Notes: generated by a model not told the origin, from the letters alone. Shown: positions 46,177 to 55,872, counted from the stretch's first letter. The stretch is DNA of 64,000 nt from Gammaproteobacteria bacterium (GCA_030429735.1 JAUIET010000005.1:13905-77904), one strand, 5' to 3'. Program-made: numbers and translations.

Positions 46177-47509
46177 CTTTTAATATTGTGCCATTCTTCA
46201 GGGCCACGTCGATAGCGTGAATTACGGATTGCGAATGACGCTCGCCCAGCAATATTCCTTGAATTGCGCTGCGACCTGCGTCTACGTTGGCACTGAAGCG
46301 GCCGGCAACTGATACCAGGTTCGCCCCATGAACACTGCCGCCAGCAGAAAACGTGGTAGCCGCAGTCGTGCTTGTCCACTGCCCATTCCAATCGGGTCGA
46401 CTGCCGAAGCTAATGGTGATGTTGGCGGTGGTGGATGTGTTGCGCTGCAGGCTGCCGGCGAAGTGCAAGCTGATTCCCTGACCGCCATTATTGATACCTT
46501 CAGTCGTTAGTTGATCCAGGGTCGCCTGACTGCTGGCAACGCCCCAAACAAAATGCCCACCGTCTGCAGGTCGGTTGGCGTGACTGGCACCGTGTTCAAC
46601 GAACCCAGCGGTGCCGTGCCCCCACAGTCCGCTGGCAACGATCAGTTCGCCAGCATTGTTTGCTGTGAAGTCGCCGGCAACCCCGGATTCAACATCGCCG
46701 TTGCTCGCATGAAACGCGCTTTGCCCCTGGTAGCTGCTGGCAGTCATTCCCGTCAAGGACGCAATTTCATTTTCGCCTCCGCGATCAAACACGAACTGGC
46801 TGCCATCGCTTGCCAGATCGAAGCGGCCTACGGTTTGGTCTTCCGGCACCGAACAAAAGTCTGGATCAAGTACTGCGAAACCACAACTGCCGCCCGCTTC
46901 GCAAAGGCCTAACGGGGGCTCAGGGATCATCGGGTCGATAGGGTTCATTGGGTCTGTTGGATTCATTGGGTCAACTGGTGTCATCGGATCTATTGGTGCG
47001 ATGGGGTCCATGGGATCGACCGGATTCATTGGGTCGACCGGGTTCATTGGGTCAACCGGGTTCATTGGGTCAACCGGGTTCATGGGATCCACGCCATTCG
47101 GCGGACGATTACCCGGCGTAAACGTATCCGCGAACTCCGGGCGAAACTCGTAGTCATCGTGTAAAACAAGCGATTGAGGGGCGTCGGCTTCTGGTCCGGA
47201 TGCAGGGCTGAGCGCTTCCCACGGTCCCCAGCAGCGCACTGAATTGGCAGCGGCTGGATCAGCGCATGGGTCTTCAACCGGTAGCTCTTCAGCCAGACGT
47301 GCAGTATCGGCAGCAAGCAGTTCCCGGCATCCTTCAACCAGGTGAGCGGCTACAGAATCAGGATTTTGTGCCCACTGCTCGAGAATTTCAACGCAGTCGC
47401 GCTTACTGGTGGCAAGACCCGTAGCCACGGCCTGCGCGGCGACAAATAGAAATGACAGGCCAAGCAAGGCGCTAACTACTTTCCTGCCAGGTATATTCAT
47501 GAAAGACAC
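46145..47509 (-). CDS. Secreted repeat protein with TbpB/hemophilin-like C-terminal beta domain (candidate T11SS cargo)
   Basis: SPI-type signal (...FVAAQAVA|TG, no lipobox) and a 4-Cys N-domain, followed by about 10 DPMNPV-like hexapeptide repeats. The Gly/Ser-rich C-terminus (ISLHFAGSL..ANITISFG..FSAGGSVHGANLVSVAGRFSANV..IQGILLGE) shows the alternating pattern of 8-strand handle/barrel domains. Confidence 0.45.
   Translation of the reverse strand: MSFMNIPGRKVVSALLGLSFLFVAAQAVATGLATSKRDCVEILEQWAQNPDSVAAHLVEGCRELLAADTARLAEELPVEDPCADPAAANSVRCWGPWEALSPASGPEADAPQSLVLHDDYEFRPEFADTFTPGNRPPNGVDPMNPVDPMNPVDPMNPVDPMNPVDPMDPIAPIDPMTPVDPMNPTDPMNPIDPMIPEPPLGLCEAGGSCGFAVLDPDFCSVPEDQTVGRFDLASDGSQFVFDRGGENEIASLTGMTASSYQGQSAFHASNGDVESGVAGDFTANNAGELIVASGLWGHGTAGFVEHGASHANRPADGGHFVWGVASSQATLDQLTTEGINNGGQGISLHFAGSLQRNTSTTANITISFGSRPDWNGQWTSTTAATTFSAGGSVHGANLVSVAGRFSANVDAGRSAIQGILLGERHSQSVIHAIDVALKNGTILKDVGHLLETQP
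46926..47095 (-). repeat. 18-bp in-frame tandem repeat (about 10 units) encoding (D-P-M-N-P-V)n
   Basis: Plus-strand units such as gttcattgggtcaaccgg are repeated head to tail. The central units are near-identical and the flanking ones are degenerate. Confidence 0.9.
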
Positions 47510-47580
47510 TCCGAATACAGCGTTTAGACGTTGCAGCCAGTATACGGATGTGAATCAGGCCTTACATTGCAGCTCGTCTT

Positions 47581-48315
47581 TTAACGGCTTACAACGCTAC
47601 CACTTGTCTGCTGCTCACTACCGGTGGTCGAAGCCGCCTGTACAAAACGACGTTCGGCAACTTCAGCGGGCATATGCAGCCACCATTGATGCTTATTGAT
47701 CGAGTACAAAGGCGTGTAGTGGGGGAGCGATTTGTCACTGAGCAGAGAGTTGGTTTTGTTGTCAAGAATAACTGTCTCTTCGCCGCGTGTGACCGCCAAT
47801 ACGGCATGCGCTTGTCCGGCCGCCGTGTCTTGTACCACCACCACGCGCATTGAACGTGATGGAACGCCCAGGTGTTGTAAGGCCAGCATTTTCGCGATCG
47901 CGAAATCTTCGCAATCGCCGCCGTTTTCCATCAGCTCTAACGGTGTTGCCCAATAGTCCTCACGAGCGTAGTTGTGCCTGTCTGCACGGTAGTGAAATTG
48001 GTTGATTGCGGTGTTGAGCCTGGTGAGAAGATCATGCCCGGAATATTCCTGCCATTGCTGTAACATTGAGAACCAGTCGTTTGTTTCACAGCGCGCATCT
48101 TGCTTTATGGCACAACGTTTTAGTTTGTGATGTTCTACCAGGTAGCGGCTTGACACCTCTGTCATTTGCGGAAACGACGCACTGTTTTTGTTAGCTTGCT
48201 GAAAAAAACCGAACAGGCTGCGTTCCATGGGGGAGGCAAGCGCACAACGGCTCGCCACTATTGAGCAAATTATGAGCGCTAGTGCGGGTCTGAACTGTTT
48301 GGTCGTCAGCAACAC
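47581..48315 (-). CDS. Periplasmic transglutaminase-like cysteine protease (BTLCP, LapG/peptidase C93 family)
   Basis: Signal peptide, then the Cys-His-Asp triad contexts NGGDCEDFAIAK, QAHAVLAV and VILDNKT. TTG start. Confidence 0.75.
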   Translation of the reverse strand: MLLTTKQFRPALALIICSIVASRCALASPMERSLFGFFQQANKNSASFPQMTEVSSRYLVEHHKLKRCAIKQDARCETNDWFSMLQQWQEYSGHDLLTRLNTAINQFHYRADRHNYAREDYWATPLELMENGGDCEDFAIAKMLALQHLGVPSRSMRVVVVQDTAAGQAHAVLAVTRGEETVILDNKTNSLLSDKSLPHYTPLYSINKHQWWLHMPAEVAERRFVQAASTTGSEQQTSGSVVSR

Positions 48316-48382
48316 GACTGCAAAGCGACTGCTATAGTCAATAGAGAACTCTTATGCGTATAAACGCGCTCAAGCTATCGTG

Positions 48383-49756
48383 ATGCGTAAACAGCCTCAA
48401 CAGAAAATAACCCAACATCTGCACACTTGCGTGTGTTGGTTGCGTGGAGTGTTTGTTTATTTACTGTTTTTAGCCGGTGCAGTCACCAGCAGTGCGTTTG
48501 CACAAGATTCCGCAGGCGACGAAAACAAAGTGCAGCCGAAAGCAGACCTGCAAAGCATTGATGATGCTGATCAGCTGTTCGCAGAGGCAATGGCGGCCCT
48601 GGAAGGTGATGACTTGCTCACGGCGCGCAATCGATTTGAACGTATTCTGGCCAGCAATCCGGGTCTGCATCGCGCGCGGCTGGAATTGGCCCGGGTGTAC
48701 TACTTGAGTCTTGACTATGAAAAGGCCAGAGAGGAAACCTTGCGAGTGCTTGACGACCCAAACACTCCGCCACAGGTCAGAGTGACACTTCTCGCCTTTC
48801 TTGCTCAAATTGACGCAGACCGCAAAGAGTTAAACAAAGCGCATCGCTGGGCCGGTTCCTTATATCTGGGTTTGAGTTACGACACCAATGTAAATGCGGG
48901 CCCTGACCAGAGCGTGATAGATTTGAATGGCACTCAGTTGTCATTAACAGACGCGTCGCTGGAACGATCAGATGTAGGTGGCGCTGCGATTCTAGGCATA
49001 ACCCACAATTACAGCCCGGGTATAACGTTCGATTTTGCTGAACGCAGCGGTTTTTTCCTGTGGCAATCTCAGGCAAATCTAAACACTCGCCTTTATTTCA
49101 GCGAAGACGATTTCAACCTCGCCGTGCTGACACTCCGAACAGGTCCAGCCTGGATTGTGCCCCGCCATTGGCGTGCAGGCATTGCACTGCAGCTGGACAG
49201 GTTGTGGTTGGGTAATGAGAGTCTGGCGCTGTTCTCGTCGCTAAACCCATATATTGTTTGGCAATGGGCCGACAACTGGGAATTTGGTCTTGATGCGGTC
49301 TACACCGATCGGGACTACGACGATGAATTCAATACACCAAGAAACGGTGATTACCTTGCTGGGTCTGCCACGCTGTCCCGATATTTCTCTGATGCTGACA
49401 TTGGTGTGCAGGCAGGTCTTGGGTTCTCGAACTTTGATGCCGAGGCAGAGCGCTTCAGCCATTCAGGCCCTGATGCCTTCGTATCAGTGAACAAATCGAT
49501 GTGGACTGATGGCTCGGTGTTTGCGCGCTTGAATTGGCGCGCATACGAATACGACGGCGTGGAGCCGGTGTTTAATGTCGCTCGCGACGACACCGAACTT
49601 CGTCTGACCGTTGGCTTTCAGCGGCAGCTTGAATGGTGGCTGCTGGACGGCTGGCAGCTGTTGGCTTCCTGGAGTGTTACTGATAACAGCTCCAATGTCG
49701 AAATATTCGACTACGACCGCCAGCTGATCAACTTAGGCGTCTCTCGCCAGTTTTAA
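48383..49756 (+). CDS. Outer-membrane TPR plus beta-barrel protein with Slam/DUF560 (type XI secretion) architecture
   Basis: Signal peptide (...GAVTSSAFA|QD) and TPR region (AEAMAALEGDDLLTARNRFERILASNPGLHRARLELARVYY...). A beta-rich domain of about 300 aa with alternating hydrophobics follows, ending ...LINLGVSRQF. Confidence 0.5.
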   Translation: MRKQPQQKITQHLHTCVCWLRGVFVYLLFLAGAVTSSAFAQDSAGDENKVQPKADLQSIDDADQLFAEAMAALEGDDLLTARNRFERILASNPGLHRARLELARVYYLSLDYEKAREETLRVLDDPNTPPQVRVTLLAFLAQIDADRKELNKAHRWAGSLYLGLSYDTNVNAGPDQSVIDLNGTQLSLTDASLERSDVGGAAILGITHNYSPGITFDFAERSGFFLWQSQANLNTRLYFSEDDFNLAVLTLRTGPAWIVPRHWRAGIALQLDRLWLGNESLALFSSLNPYIVWQWADNWEFGLDAVYTDRDYDDEFNTPRNGDYLAGSATLSRYFSDADIGVQAGLGFSNFDAEAERFSHSGPDAFVSVNKSMWTDGSVFARLNWRAYEYDGVEPVFNVARDDTELRLTVGFQRQLEWWLLDGWQLLASWSVTDNSSNVEIFDYDRQLINLGVSRQF

Positions 49757-50034
49757 CAGGTGCCTGGCCCGCATTGACCCCACGGCTGCAACCGCCACTA
49801 GCCTTAAAACACAGTGCGTGCTCCCTTCAGGTGCTTGACGGATCGTCAGGTACGCCTGTGCGCCTGTCAGTCCGCGCCACACCGTGTGTTACAGACTTTT
49901 GACGCTTTCGCTTCGCGCGTGCATGAATAATGTGGGCTAGCAGCCCGCATTCCTCTACAATCCTGTGCATCAACAAACATCCACGCCCGAATCGAAGCGT
50001 GGCTGCAATGTAAGCAATTTCCAGGAAAACAAGT

Positions 50035-51042
50035 ATGACCTCTAATTCTGTGCCGCTGGGCTTAAACCTTGGTATTTGGGACCGAATGAGCAATTGGCAA
50101 GACACTGTCGAGATTGCTCGGCTAGCCGATGAGCTTGGTTACAGCACCTTGTCATTGCCCGAGTCATTTGGGCGTGATGGCGTTACATTGTGCGATCGAT
50201 TACTTGCGGCCACAGAAAATATTAATGTCTGCTTAGGTATAGCGAATGTGTTTTCGCGCTCACCGGCGGTGCTTGCATCGACCGCAGCGACACTCGATGA
50301 ATTGTCTGGCGGACGCTTTATTCTCGGCTTGGGCGGCAGCACGCCAAACCTGATTGAGGGCTGGCATGGCTTGGAATTCAGTGCGCCGCTGCAGCGCACG
50401 CGTGAAACAATCGATATCTGCCATAAAATTTGGGCACGAGACAAGTCACCTTATGAAGGCGAAATATTTAAAACGGGCGGTGTAAAGTTAACCTTCACTC
50501 CATTGCGCGAATCAATTCCAATTTGGCAGGGTGCAGTATTGGATAAAGGTATTGCAACCTGTGCGGATAAGGCAGACGGTTGGATACCATCCAGTTTGCC
50601 TAGAGAGAGCATTGAACATGGCTTGGGCATAATTAATGAAACATGTTCGGCCAATGGTCGCAATGCAAGTGAAATCAGTGTCGCGCCAACATTTCAGTTA
50701 GCCGCACACGACGATGCTGATCAATTACTACCGCTGGTGAAATTCGGAATCGCGATGTATTACGGTGCTGCCAACAGTCCTTATGCCAAGGCAGCCATCG
50801 GTCTGGGTTATGGTGACGAAGTGCAAGAACTGCAGGCAGCCTACGTCAACGGTGGCGCACCGGCAGCTGCCGAAGTGTGCTCGGAGCAGCTGGCCAGAAG
50901 TGTAGCCCTGGTAGGGTCTGTTGCTGAGTGCCAACAACAGATTCGAGACATATTGGCCGCAGGCGCAAGCCAGGTTATGGTCACACTACCAGCTGGAACT
51001 CGCGCTGAATGCGAGCCAATCCTCGCGGGTATTCGCCCTTAA
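50035..51042 (+). CDS. LLM-class (luciferase-like) flavin/F420-dependent oxidoreductase
   Basis: LGYSTLSLPESFGRDG, SGGRFILGLGGS and EGWHG pattern. Confidence 0.75.
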   Translation: MTSNSVPLGLNLGIWDRMSNWQDTVEIARLADELGYSTLSLPESFGRDGVTLCDRLLAATENINVCLGIANVFSRSPAVLASTAATLDELSGGRFILGLGGSTPNLIEGWHGLEFSAPLQRTRETIDICHKIWARDKSPYEGEIFKTGGVKLTFTPLRESIPIWQGAVLDKGIATCADKADGWIPSSLPRESIEHGLGIINETCSANGRNASEISVAPTFQLAAHDDADQLLPLVKFGIAMYYGAANSPYAKAAIGLGYGDEVQELQAAYVNGGAPAAAEVCSEQLARSVALVGSVAECQQQIRDILAAGASQVMVTLPAGTRAECEPILAGIRP

Positions 51043-51070
51043 CTCTAATAATAATTATAGGTAGACAAGT

Positions 51071-51889
51071 ATGAAGAGGTTTTTTCTTTCGATATTAGTA
51101 ATCTTTGCTTTGCTTGTTATTGGCTTTAATTTATGGGGTTACGCAACGCTGGGTACTATTGATGTGGCGGAAAATGCAGAACGACAAGAAGATGCAAATG
51201 CCGTTGTTCTAGTGATGGGGGCTACGGGTTCCGCCGGAGACGGTTTGCTCAAAGCCGCCATTGAAGACCCAAGCGTGAAAAAAGTGTATGTGTTGACCCG
51301 GCGTAGCACACCGCGCATCGACGCAGGCGTGGCATCCGGTAAAGTCGATATGCGCTTGCATAAAGACTTCACCGACTATTCCGCGTTTGCAACCGAGCTG
51401 GCTGAGGTGAATACAGTTTTATGGGGTCTGGGCACGTCGTCGCTTAAAGTAGACGATGCAACCTACACACGAATTCACGTAGACTTCACCATTGCCTTTA
51501 TCAAAGAGTGGCTGTCAGCGAGAAACGAAGCACCCATGGCGCTGCACTATATTACCGGCATGGGTACCGACCCGAAGGGAGATGCGCATTGGGCGCGCGA
51601 AAAAGGCCGCCTTGAACGAGAGATGGCTGAGCTCGCCGCACCAACGCCGCTGCGTACATTCAGCTATCGCTCAGCGTACATCCGGCCCACCAGCGAAAAC
51701 TCAAATGCGCTGACGTATCTGGGGGAACTGCTTTTGAAACCGGGAAAACTGGTGATCACCTCAAAGGCACTGGGCCAGGCAATGCTGGAGATAAGTACTC
51801 GAATCACCGAGTTACCGAATGGCACTTTGATAGATAATGCCGACAGTATCGCGTACGCGCAGGCTTACCAGGAGAGCATGGCTCAATGA
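51071..51889 (+). CDS. Membrane-anchored NAD(P)-binding (atypical SDR/NmrA-like) protein
   Basis: N-terminal TM, then Rossmann motif VVLVMGATGSAGDGLL. Confidence 0.6.
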   Translation: MKRFFLSILVIFALLVIGFNLWGYATLGTIDVAENAERQEDANAVVLVMGATGSAGDGLLKAAIEDPSVKKVYVLTRRSTPRIDAGVASGKVDMRLHKDFTDYSAFATELAEVNTVLWGLGTSSLKVDDATYTRIHVDFTIAFIKEWLSARNEAPMALHYITGMGTDPKGDAHWAREKGRLEREMAELAAPTPLRTFSYRSAYIRPTSENSNALTYLGELLLKPGKLVITSKALGQAMLEISTRITELPNGTLIDNADSIAYAQAYQESMAQ

Positions 51890-53013
51890 TCAGAATCAGC
51901 AGTGGATTTGATGCAGGCAATATAGAATGCATGAGTTGCAAGCACGCCAATGACATTCGGCTAGCGATCCGAAAAGACAATAATTCTGATTTTTATCAAT
52001 GGTTCTATTTTCGATTAACCGGGGCCGCTGATACCGCCTGCACATTAAAGATCCTCAATGCCGCCGGTGCCGCTTACCCTGGTGGTTGGGAAAATTATCA
52101 AGCGCTTGCCTCCTACGACCGAGATATCTGGTTTCGTGTGCCTACACGCTATGAAGACGGCTGTTTGACGATCGATATTGCGCCCGATCAAGACAGTATT
52201 TACTTCGCTTACTTTGCGCCCTATAGCCTTGAACGGCACAGCGATTTAATCAGCCACACGCTTGGTTCTTCCATCGTGAAGCTGAGTGTGCTGGGCAGCA
52301 CATGCGATGGGCGTGATATTGAATGCCTGACTATTGGTGAAAACGCGGCAAACAAGAAACACTATTGGGCAATAGCTCGCCAACACCCCGGTGAGACCAT
52401 GGCGGAATGGTGGATGGAGGGATTTCTTGACCGATTGTTAGATGAAGACGACGCAGTGTCTCGCGCCTTGCTGGAAAACATCGTCTTTCATATCGTGCCG
52501 AATATGAACCCCGATGGCAGCTTCCGTGGTCATCTTCGCACCAATGCTGTGGGTGCAAATTTAAATCGGGAGTGGGCCGAGCCCAGCGAAGAGCGAAGCC
52601 CTGAAGTATTCCATGTAAGGCGCGAAATGGAGCGCACCGGCGTTGATTTTTGCCTGGATGTGCACGGCGATGAGACATTACCCTACAATTTTATCGCTGG
52701 TACAGAAGGTATAGAACAATGGAACGATCAGCGAAACAATGTGCTGATAGGGTTTAAGAAAACCCTGCAGGCGATCAATCCTGACTTTCAGATTAAAAAT
52801 GGGTATCCACCCAATTCAAGCGGCAAAGCAAACCTGAGTTTCTGCAGTAATAATATTGCGCACAGCTTCAATTGTTTGGCGATGACACTGGAAATGCCTT
52901 TCAAAGACACTGCCGATACACCGCAACCTGACACCGGCTGGTCGCCTGAACGTGCGAGAGCGCTTGGGGCTTCCTGTCTGCAGGCGATTTATGCGGCGAA
53001 AACGGAGTTTTGA
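51886..53013 (+). CDS. M14 metallocarboxypeptidase, cytosolic carboxypeptidase-like (N-terminal beta-sandwich plus catalytic domain)
   Basis: ISSGFDAGNIEC...FYQWFYFRL N-domain, zinc motif QHPGETMAEW, and DVHGDE. ATGA overlap with the upstream gene. Confidence 0.75.
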   Translation: MIRISSGFDAGNIECMSCKHANDIRLAIRKDNNSDFYQWFYFRLTGAADTACTLKILNAAGAAYPGGWENYQALASYDRDIWFRVPTRYEDGCLTIDIAPDQDSIYFAYFAPYSLERHSDLISHTLGSSIVKLSVLGSTCDGRDIECLTIGENAANKKHYWAIARQHPGETMAEWWMEGFLDRLLDEDDAVSRALLENIVFHIVPNMNPDGSFRGHLRTNAVGANLNREWAEPSEERSPEVFHVRREMERTGVDFCLDVHGDETLPYNFIAGTEGIEQWNDQRNNVLIGFKKTLQAINPDFQIKNGYPPNSSGKANLSFCSNNIAHSFNCLAMTLEMPFKDTADTPQPDTGWSPERARALGASCLQAIYAAKTEF

Positions 53014-53088
53014 AATCCATCCATAAAAATTTCTAACGAGATTTATGTGTTTTTTGCGAAGAAAGGTTAGCTTATTGGAGCTGCAGCA

Positions 53089-53727
53089 ATGAAGTTAAGT
53101 GTATTTGGCGCTACTGGCGATCTTGGTAGCGAATGTCTTAAACAAGCGCTTGATGCAGGGCACGATGTGACCCTTTTGGTACGATCGCCGGACAAGCTCG
53201 ATTCGACTCTACGAGAGCAATGCAATATCCATCAAGGCGATGGCTTAAACGCAACCGATGTAGATTCAGCGATAGACGCTGATTGCGATGCAATACTATT
53301 CGCTATTGGTGTAGACAAACAGTCACCAGAACACTTATGCGCTACCGTCACCGAAAACATTTTAACCGCCATGAGATCTAAAGAAATTCGCAGATTCGTT
53401 TGGTGTGGGGGCGGGGCGACTCTATTGGAAGGTGATCAGTTATCGTTTGGTGCGCGTTTCGTTGAATTTTTTTCCAGGGTGTTTATGGCGCTTAGGCATC
53501 GCGACAAACTGAAGCAACTGGAAGTGCTCAGCAGTGCTGATGATATCGACTGGGTTGGCATAAGGCCGCTGCAAATGCTCCATGGCCCGCGTACCGAGAG
53601 TTATCGTTTGGGATACCACAGCTTCAGCGGTCTATCGAAAATCAGTTTTGCCGATTGCGCCCATGCAATGCTGGAAATGACCAAAGATGACACGTGGATT
53701 AGAAAGGCCCCCATCATCCAATATTGA
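53089..53727 (+). CDS. NAD(P)H-binding protein (BVR-B/NmrA-like)
   Basis: MKLSVFGATGDLGSECLKQALDAGHDVTLLVRSPDKL. Confidence 0.75.
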   Translation: MKLSVFGATGDLGSECLKQALDAGHDVTLLVRSPDKLDSTLREQCNIHQGDGLNATDVDSAIDADCDAILFAIGVDKQSPEHLCATVTENILTAMRSKEIRRFVWCGGGATLLEGDQLSFGARFVEFFSRVFMALRHRDKLKQLEVLSSADDIDWVGIRPLQMLHGPRTESYRLGYHSFSGLSKISFADCAHAMLEMTKDDTWIRKAPIIQY

Positions 53728-53903
53728 ACCGAGAGGGCGTTCGCAGTCAATGTGCAGCGTGTTATTCAGAGTTCGTCAAATTCGCCGTGACGACCTCGAC
53801 GAGAGCGTCGGCGGAATCCGGGTCCATCGCATTTCTTGCTTCGCTTCTGTTGTGAATAACAGTCCAGACGTGTTCTGTTTTTTTCTATTTCAATTGTCAT
53901 TTA

Positions 53904-54527
53904 TTAGTACAACTCATCGCGATAGTTTTCCTCCAGCGCCGCGTCAAACTCTTGCTCGGCGTTTTCGTCGCCGCCCATCTCTGCCACAAACTGCTTGACC
54001 ATCGGAGAACCGGAGGGCTGAGTCCAGGAATCAGGCTTCCACAGCTTTGATCGAATCATTGCTTTGCCGCAGTGAAAAAAGCACTCTTCTATCTCGACCA
54101 GGCTATACAGCAATGCAGGTTTGTTGTTTACCTGTAAATTCGACAGTACGTCAGGATCGCGGTGTAACGTTGCCCGGCCTTTTACCCGTAGAGTTTCTCT
54201 TTGCTCGGGAATAACGAAAATCAGCCCAATCTTTGAGTTGCGCAAAATATTCCTAAAACCAAAAGCCAGACGATTGCCTGGCCGCTCGGGAATGATCAGT
54301 CTGCCGGATTCATCTATTCTGACAAATCCCGGTGGGTCCCCTTTTGGCGAAGTATCAATGTTGCCCTGTTCGTCTATGGTCGATACAAACGCAAGCGGCG
54401 ATTGGCGAATAAAATTGGACATGGGCTCGTCCAGCGACTTTTTGATTTTTGCCACCACGAAATCAAATGGCTCACCAATGATGTGCTTGAGATCAGCTTC
54501 ATTGTCCACCCTGTATTGATCCTGCAT
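53904..54527 (-). CDS. Pyridoxamine 5'-phosphate oxidase-family FMN-binding protein
   Basis: FIRQSPLAFVSTIDEQGNIDTSPKGDPPGF...GNRLAFGFRNI pattern (MSMEG_1061-like PPOX class). Confidence 0.7.
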   Translation of the reverse strand: MQDQYRVDNEADLKHIIGEPFDFVVAKIKKSLDEPMSNFIRQSPLAFVSTIDEQGNIDTSPKGDPPGFVRIDESGRLIIPERPGNRLAFGFRNILRNSKIGLIFVIPEQRETLRVKGRATLHRDPDVLSNLQVNNKPALLYSLVEIEECFFHCGKAMIRSKLWKPDSWTQPSGSPMVKQFVAEMGGDENAEQEFDAALEENYRDELY

Positions 54528-54720
54528 TTTTCGCTCCGCGTGAGATTTGTGGTATTACTTCGTACCCTGCAACCGGTCATCATTCTAACTTATTTATCCG
54601 CAGCGCTACGTTCGCAGCTCAAATACGTGGAAATAGAGTAGAATCGGAGCCAGCCCAGACAACCGCAGCCCTTTTGGCATGCAGGTGCGTTTCGCGGGCC
54701 GTACTTTGTTGGTAGGTGTC

Positions 54721-55872
54721 ATGAAATTACCGAACTTTCCTTCTGTGGAAGAGGTGGTGAATACTCTTAAACCCAGTTACCCGGTGTACTGCCTTCGTCC
54801 TCAGACTATTCGCGCCTCTGCGAAGTTGTTTCTAGACCACTTTCCGGGCCGCGTCATGTACGCTGTGAAATGCAATCCTAATATCGAAGTGATGCGTTTG
54901 TTGTACGGGGCTGGTATTCGCCATTTCGATACCGCCTCACCGCGTGAAATAGCGCTGGTCCGCGAGAACTTTAAAGACGCAGACTGCTATTACATGCATC
55001 CGGTGAAAGGCCGGGCAGCGATTCAGCTTGCGCACGAAGTGTATCGGGTAGATCACTACGCGATCGATCATGTTGATGAACTTCAGAAGATCATAGATAT
55101 CACTGGTGGCGGCGATGCCAGTGTTATTCTAGTGAGAGTAAAAACGCCGCAGCACAAGGCGCTGTTCAAGCTGGCCGACAAATTCGGCTGTGAAGTTGAT
55201 GAGGCGGTTGAGCTACTGCGCCGGGTTGAGAAATCCGGCTTTCAGCCTGGGCTGGCCTTTCATGTGGGTTCGCAATGCCAGGAGCCGGAAGCCTATGCTT
55301 CTGCGCTGCAGGTCATTGATAAAGTAATACAGGCCGCCGGCGTAAACCTGCATTATCTTGACGTAGGCGGAGGTTTTCCGGTGGACTACGTGAATGACAT
55401 TCCGCAACCGCTAACTGACTATTTTGATGTTATTAAACGGTCTGTGAGCCAACTTAATTTACGTCGTGATTGCACCTTAATGTGCGAGCCGGGCAGGGCG
55501 CTTGTTGCCAGCGGTTGCACCTTGATTGTCCAGGTGCACTTACGAAAAGGCTCAAACCTTTATATCAATGATGGCGTCTATCATAGTCTGTCGGAAACCA
55601 TGGTCTGTGGTCTGGAATTACCCATGCGTGTCATACGAAAAGTAGCCTCCGAAGCCGAACTTATACCTTTTCGAATATATGGCCCTACATGCGACTGTAC
55701 TGATGTTTTGCAAAAAACAGTTCTTCTGCCCTGCGATGTGCACGAGGGCGATTGGATCGAGATAGGGCAGGCAGGCGCGTACTCAAACTCTATGAGTACT
55801 CAATTTAATGGCTTTTACCCGGAAACGTTTGTTACCGTTGACAGCCCGCCATTACTGCCTGATCGACATTAA
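54721..55872 (+). CDS. Type III PLP-dependent decarboxylase (ornithine/lysine decarboxylase, alanine-racemase fold)
   Basis: PLP-lysine motif YAVKCNP, GFHVGSQ-like AFHVGSQC, DVGGGFP, EPGRALV and GPTCD. ATG 54721 preferred. Confidence 0.8.
   Translation: MKLPNFPSVEEVVNTLKPSYPVYCLRPQTIRASAKLFLDHFPGRVMYAVKCNPNIEVMRLLYGAGIRHFDTASPREIALVRENFKDADCYYMHPVKGRAAIQLAHEVYRVDHYAIDHVDELQKIIDITGGGDASVILVRVKTPQHKALFKLADKFGCEVDEAVELLRRVEKSGFQPGLAFHVGSQCQEPEAYASALQVIDKVIQAAGVNLHYLDVGGGFPVDYVNDIPQPLTDYFDVIKRSVSQLNLRRDCTLMCEPGRALVASGCTLIVQVHLRKGSNLYINDGVYHSLSETMVCGLELPMRVIRKVASEAELIPFRIYGPTCDCTDVLQKTVLLPCDVHEGDWIEIGQAGAYSNSMSTQFNGFYPETFVTVDSPPLLPDRH

Noticed and set aside
49757-50034. 278-nt intergenic region upstream of the LLM oxidoreductase, containing small hairpins (GGGCTAGCAGCCC; CCACGC-N10-GCGTGG) and ORF 49827..50105. 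Considered as a possible riboswitch or sRNA.
   Set aside because: I recognise no riboswitch consensus. The hairpins are short and the ORF has no support. There is not enough evidence to call a feature, and it would need an Rfam scan or RNA-seq.
53728-53903. Intergenic region between convergent genes with the weak hairpin CTGTT-N6-AACAG followed by a T7 run (53847..53884), plus tiny ORFs (for example MDPDSADALVEVVTANLTNSE).
   Set aside because: The stem is only 5 bp and lies about 120 nt past the stop codon, so it is too weak to call a terminator. The peptides are too short and lack an SD or any sign of conservation.
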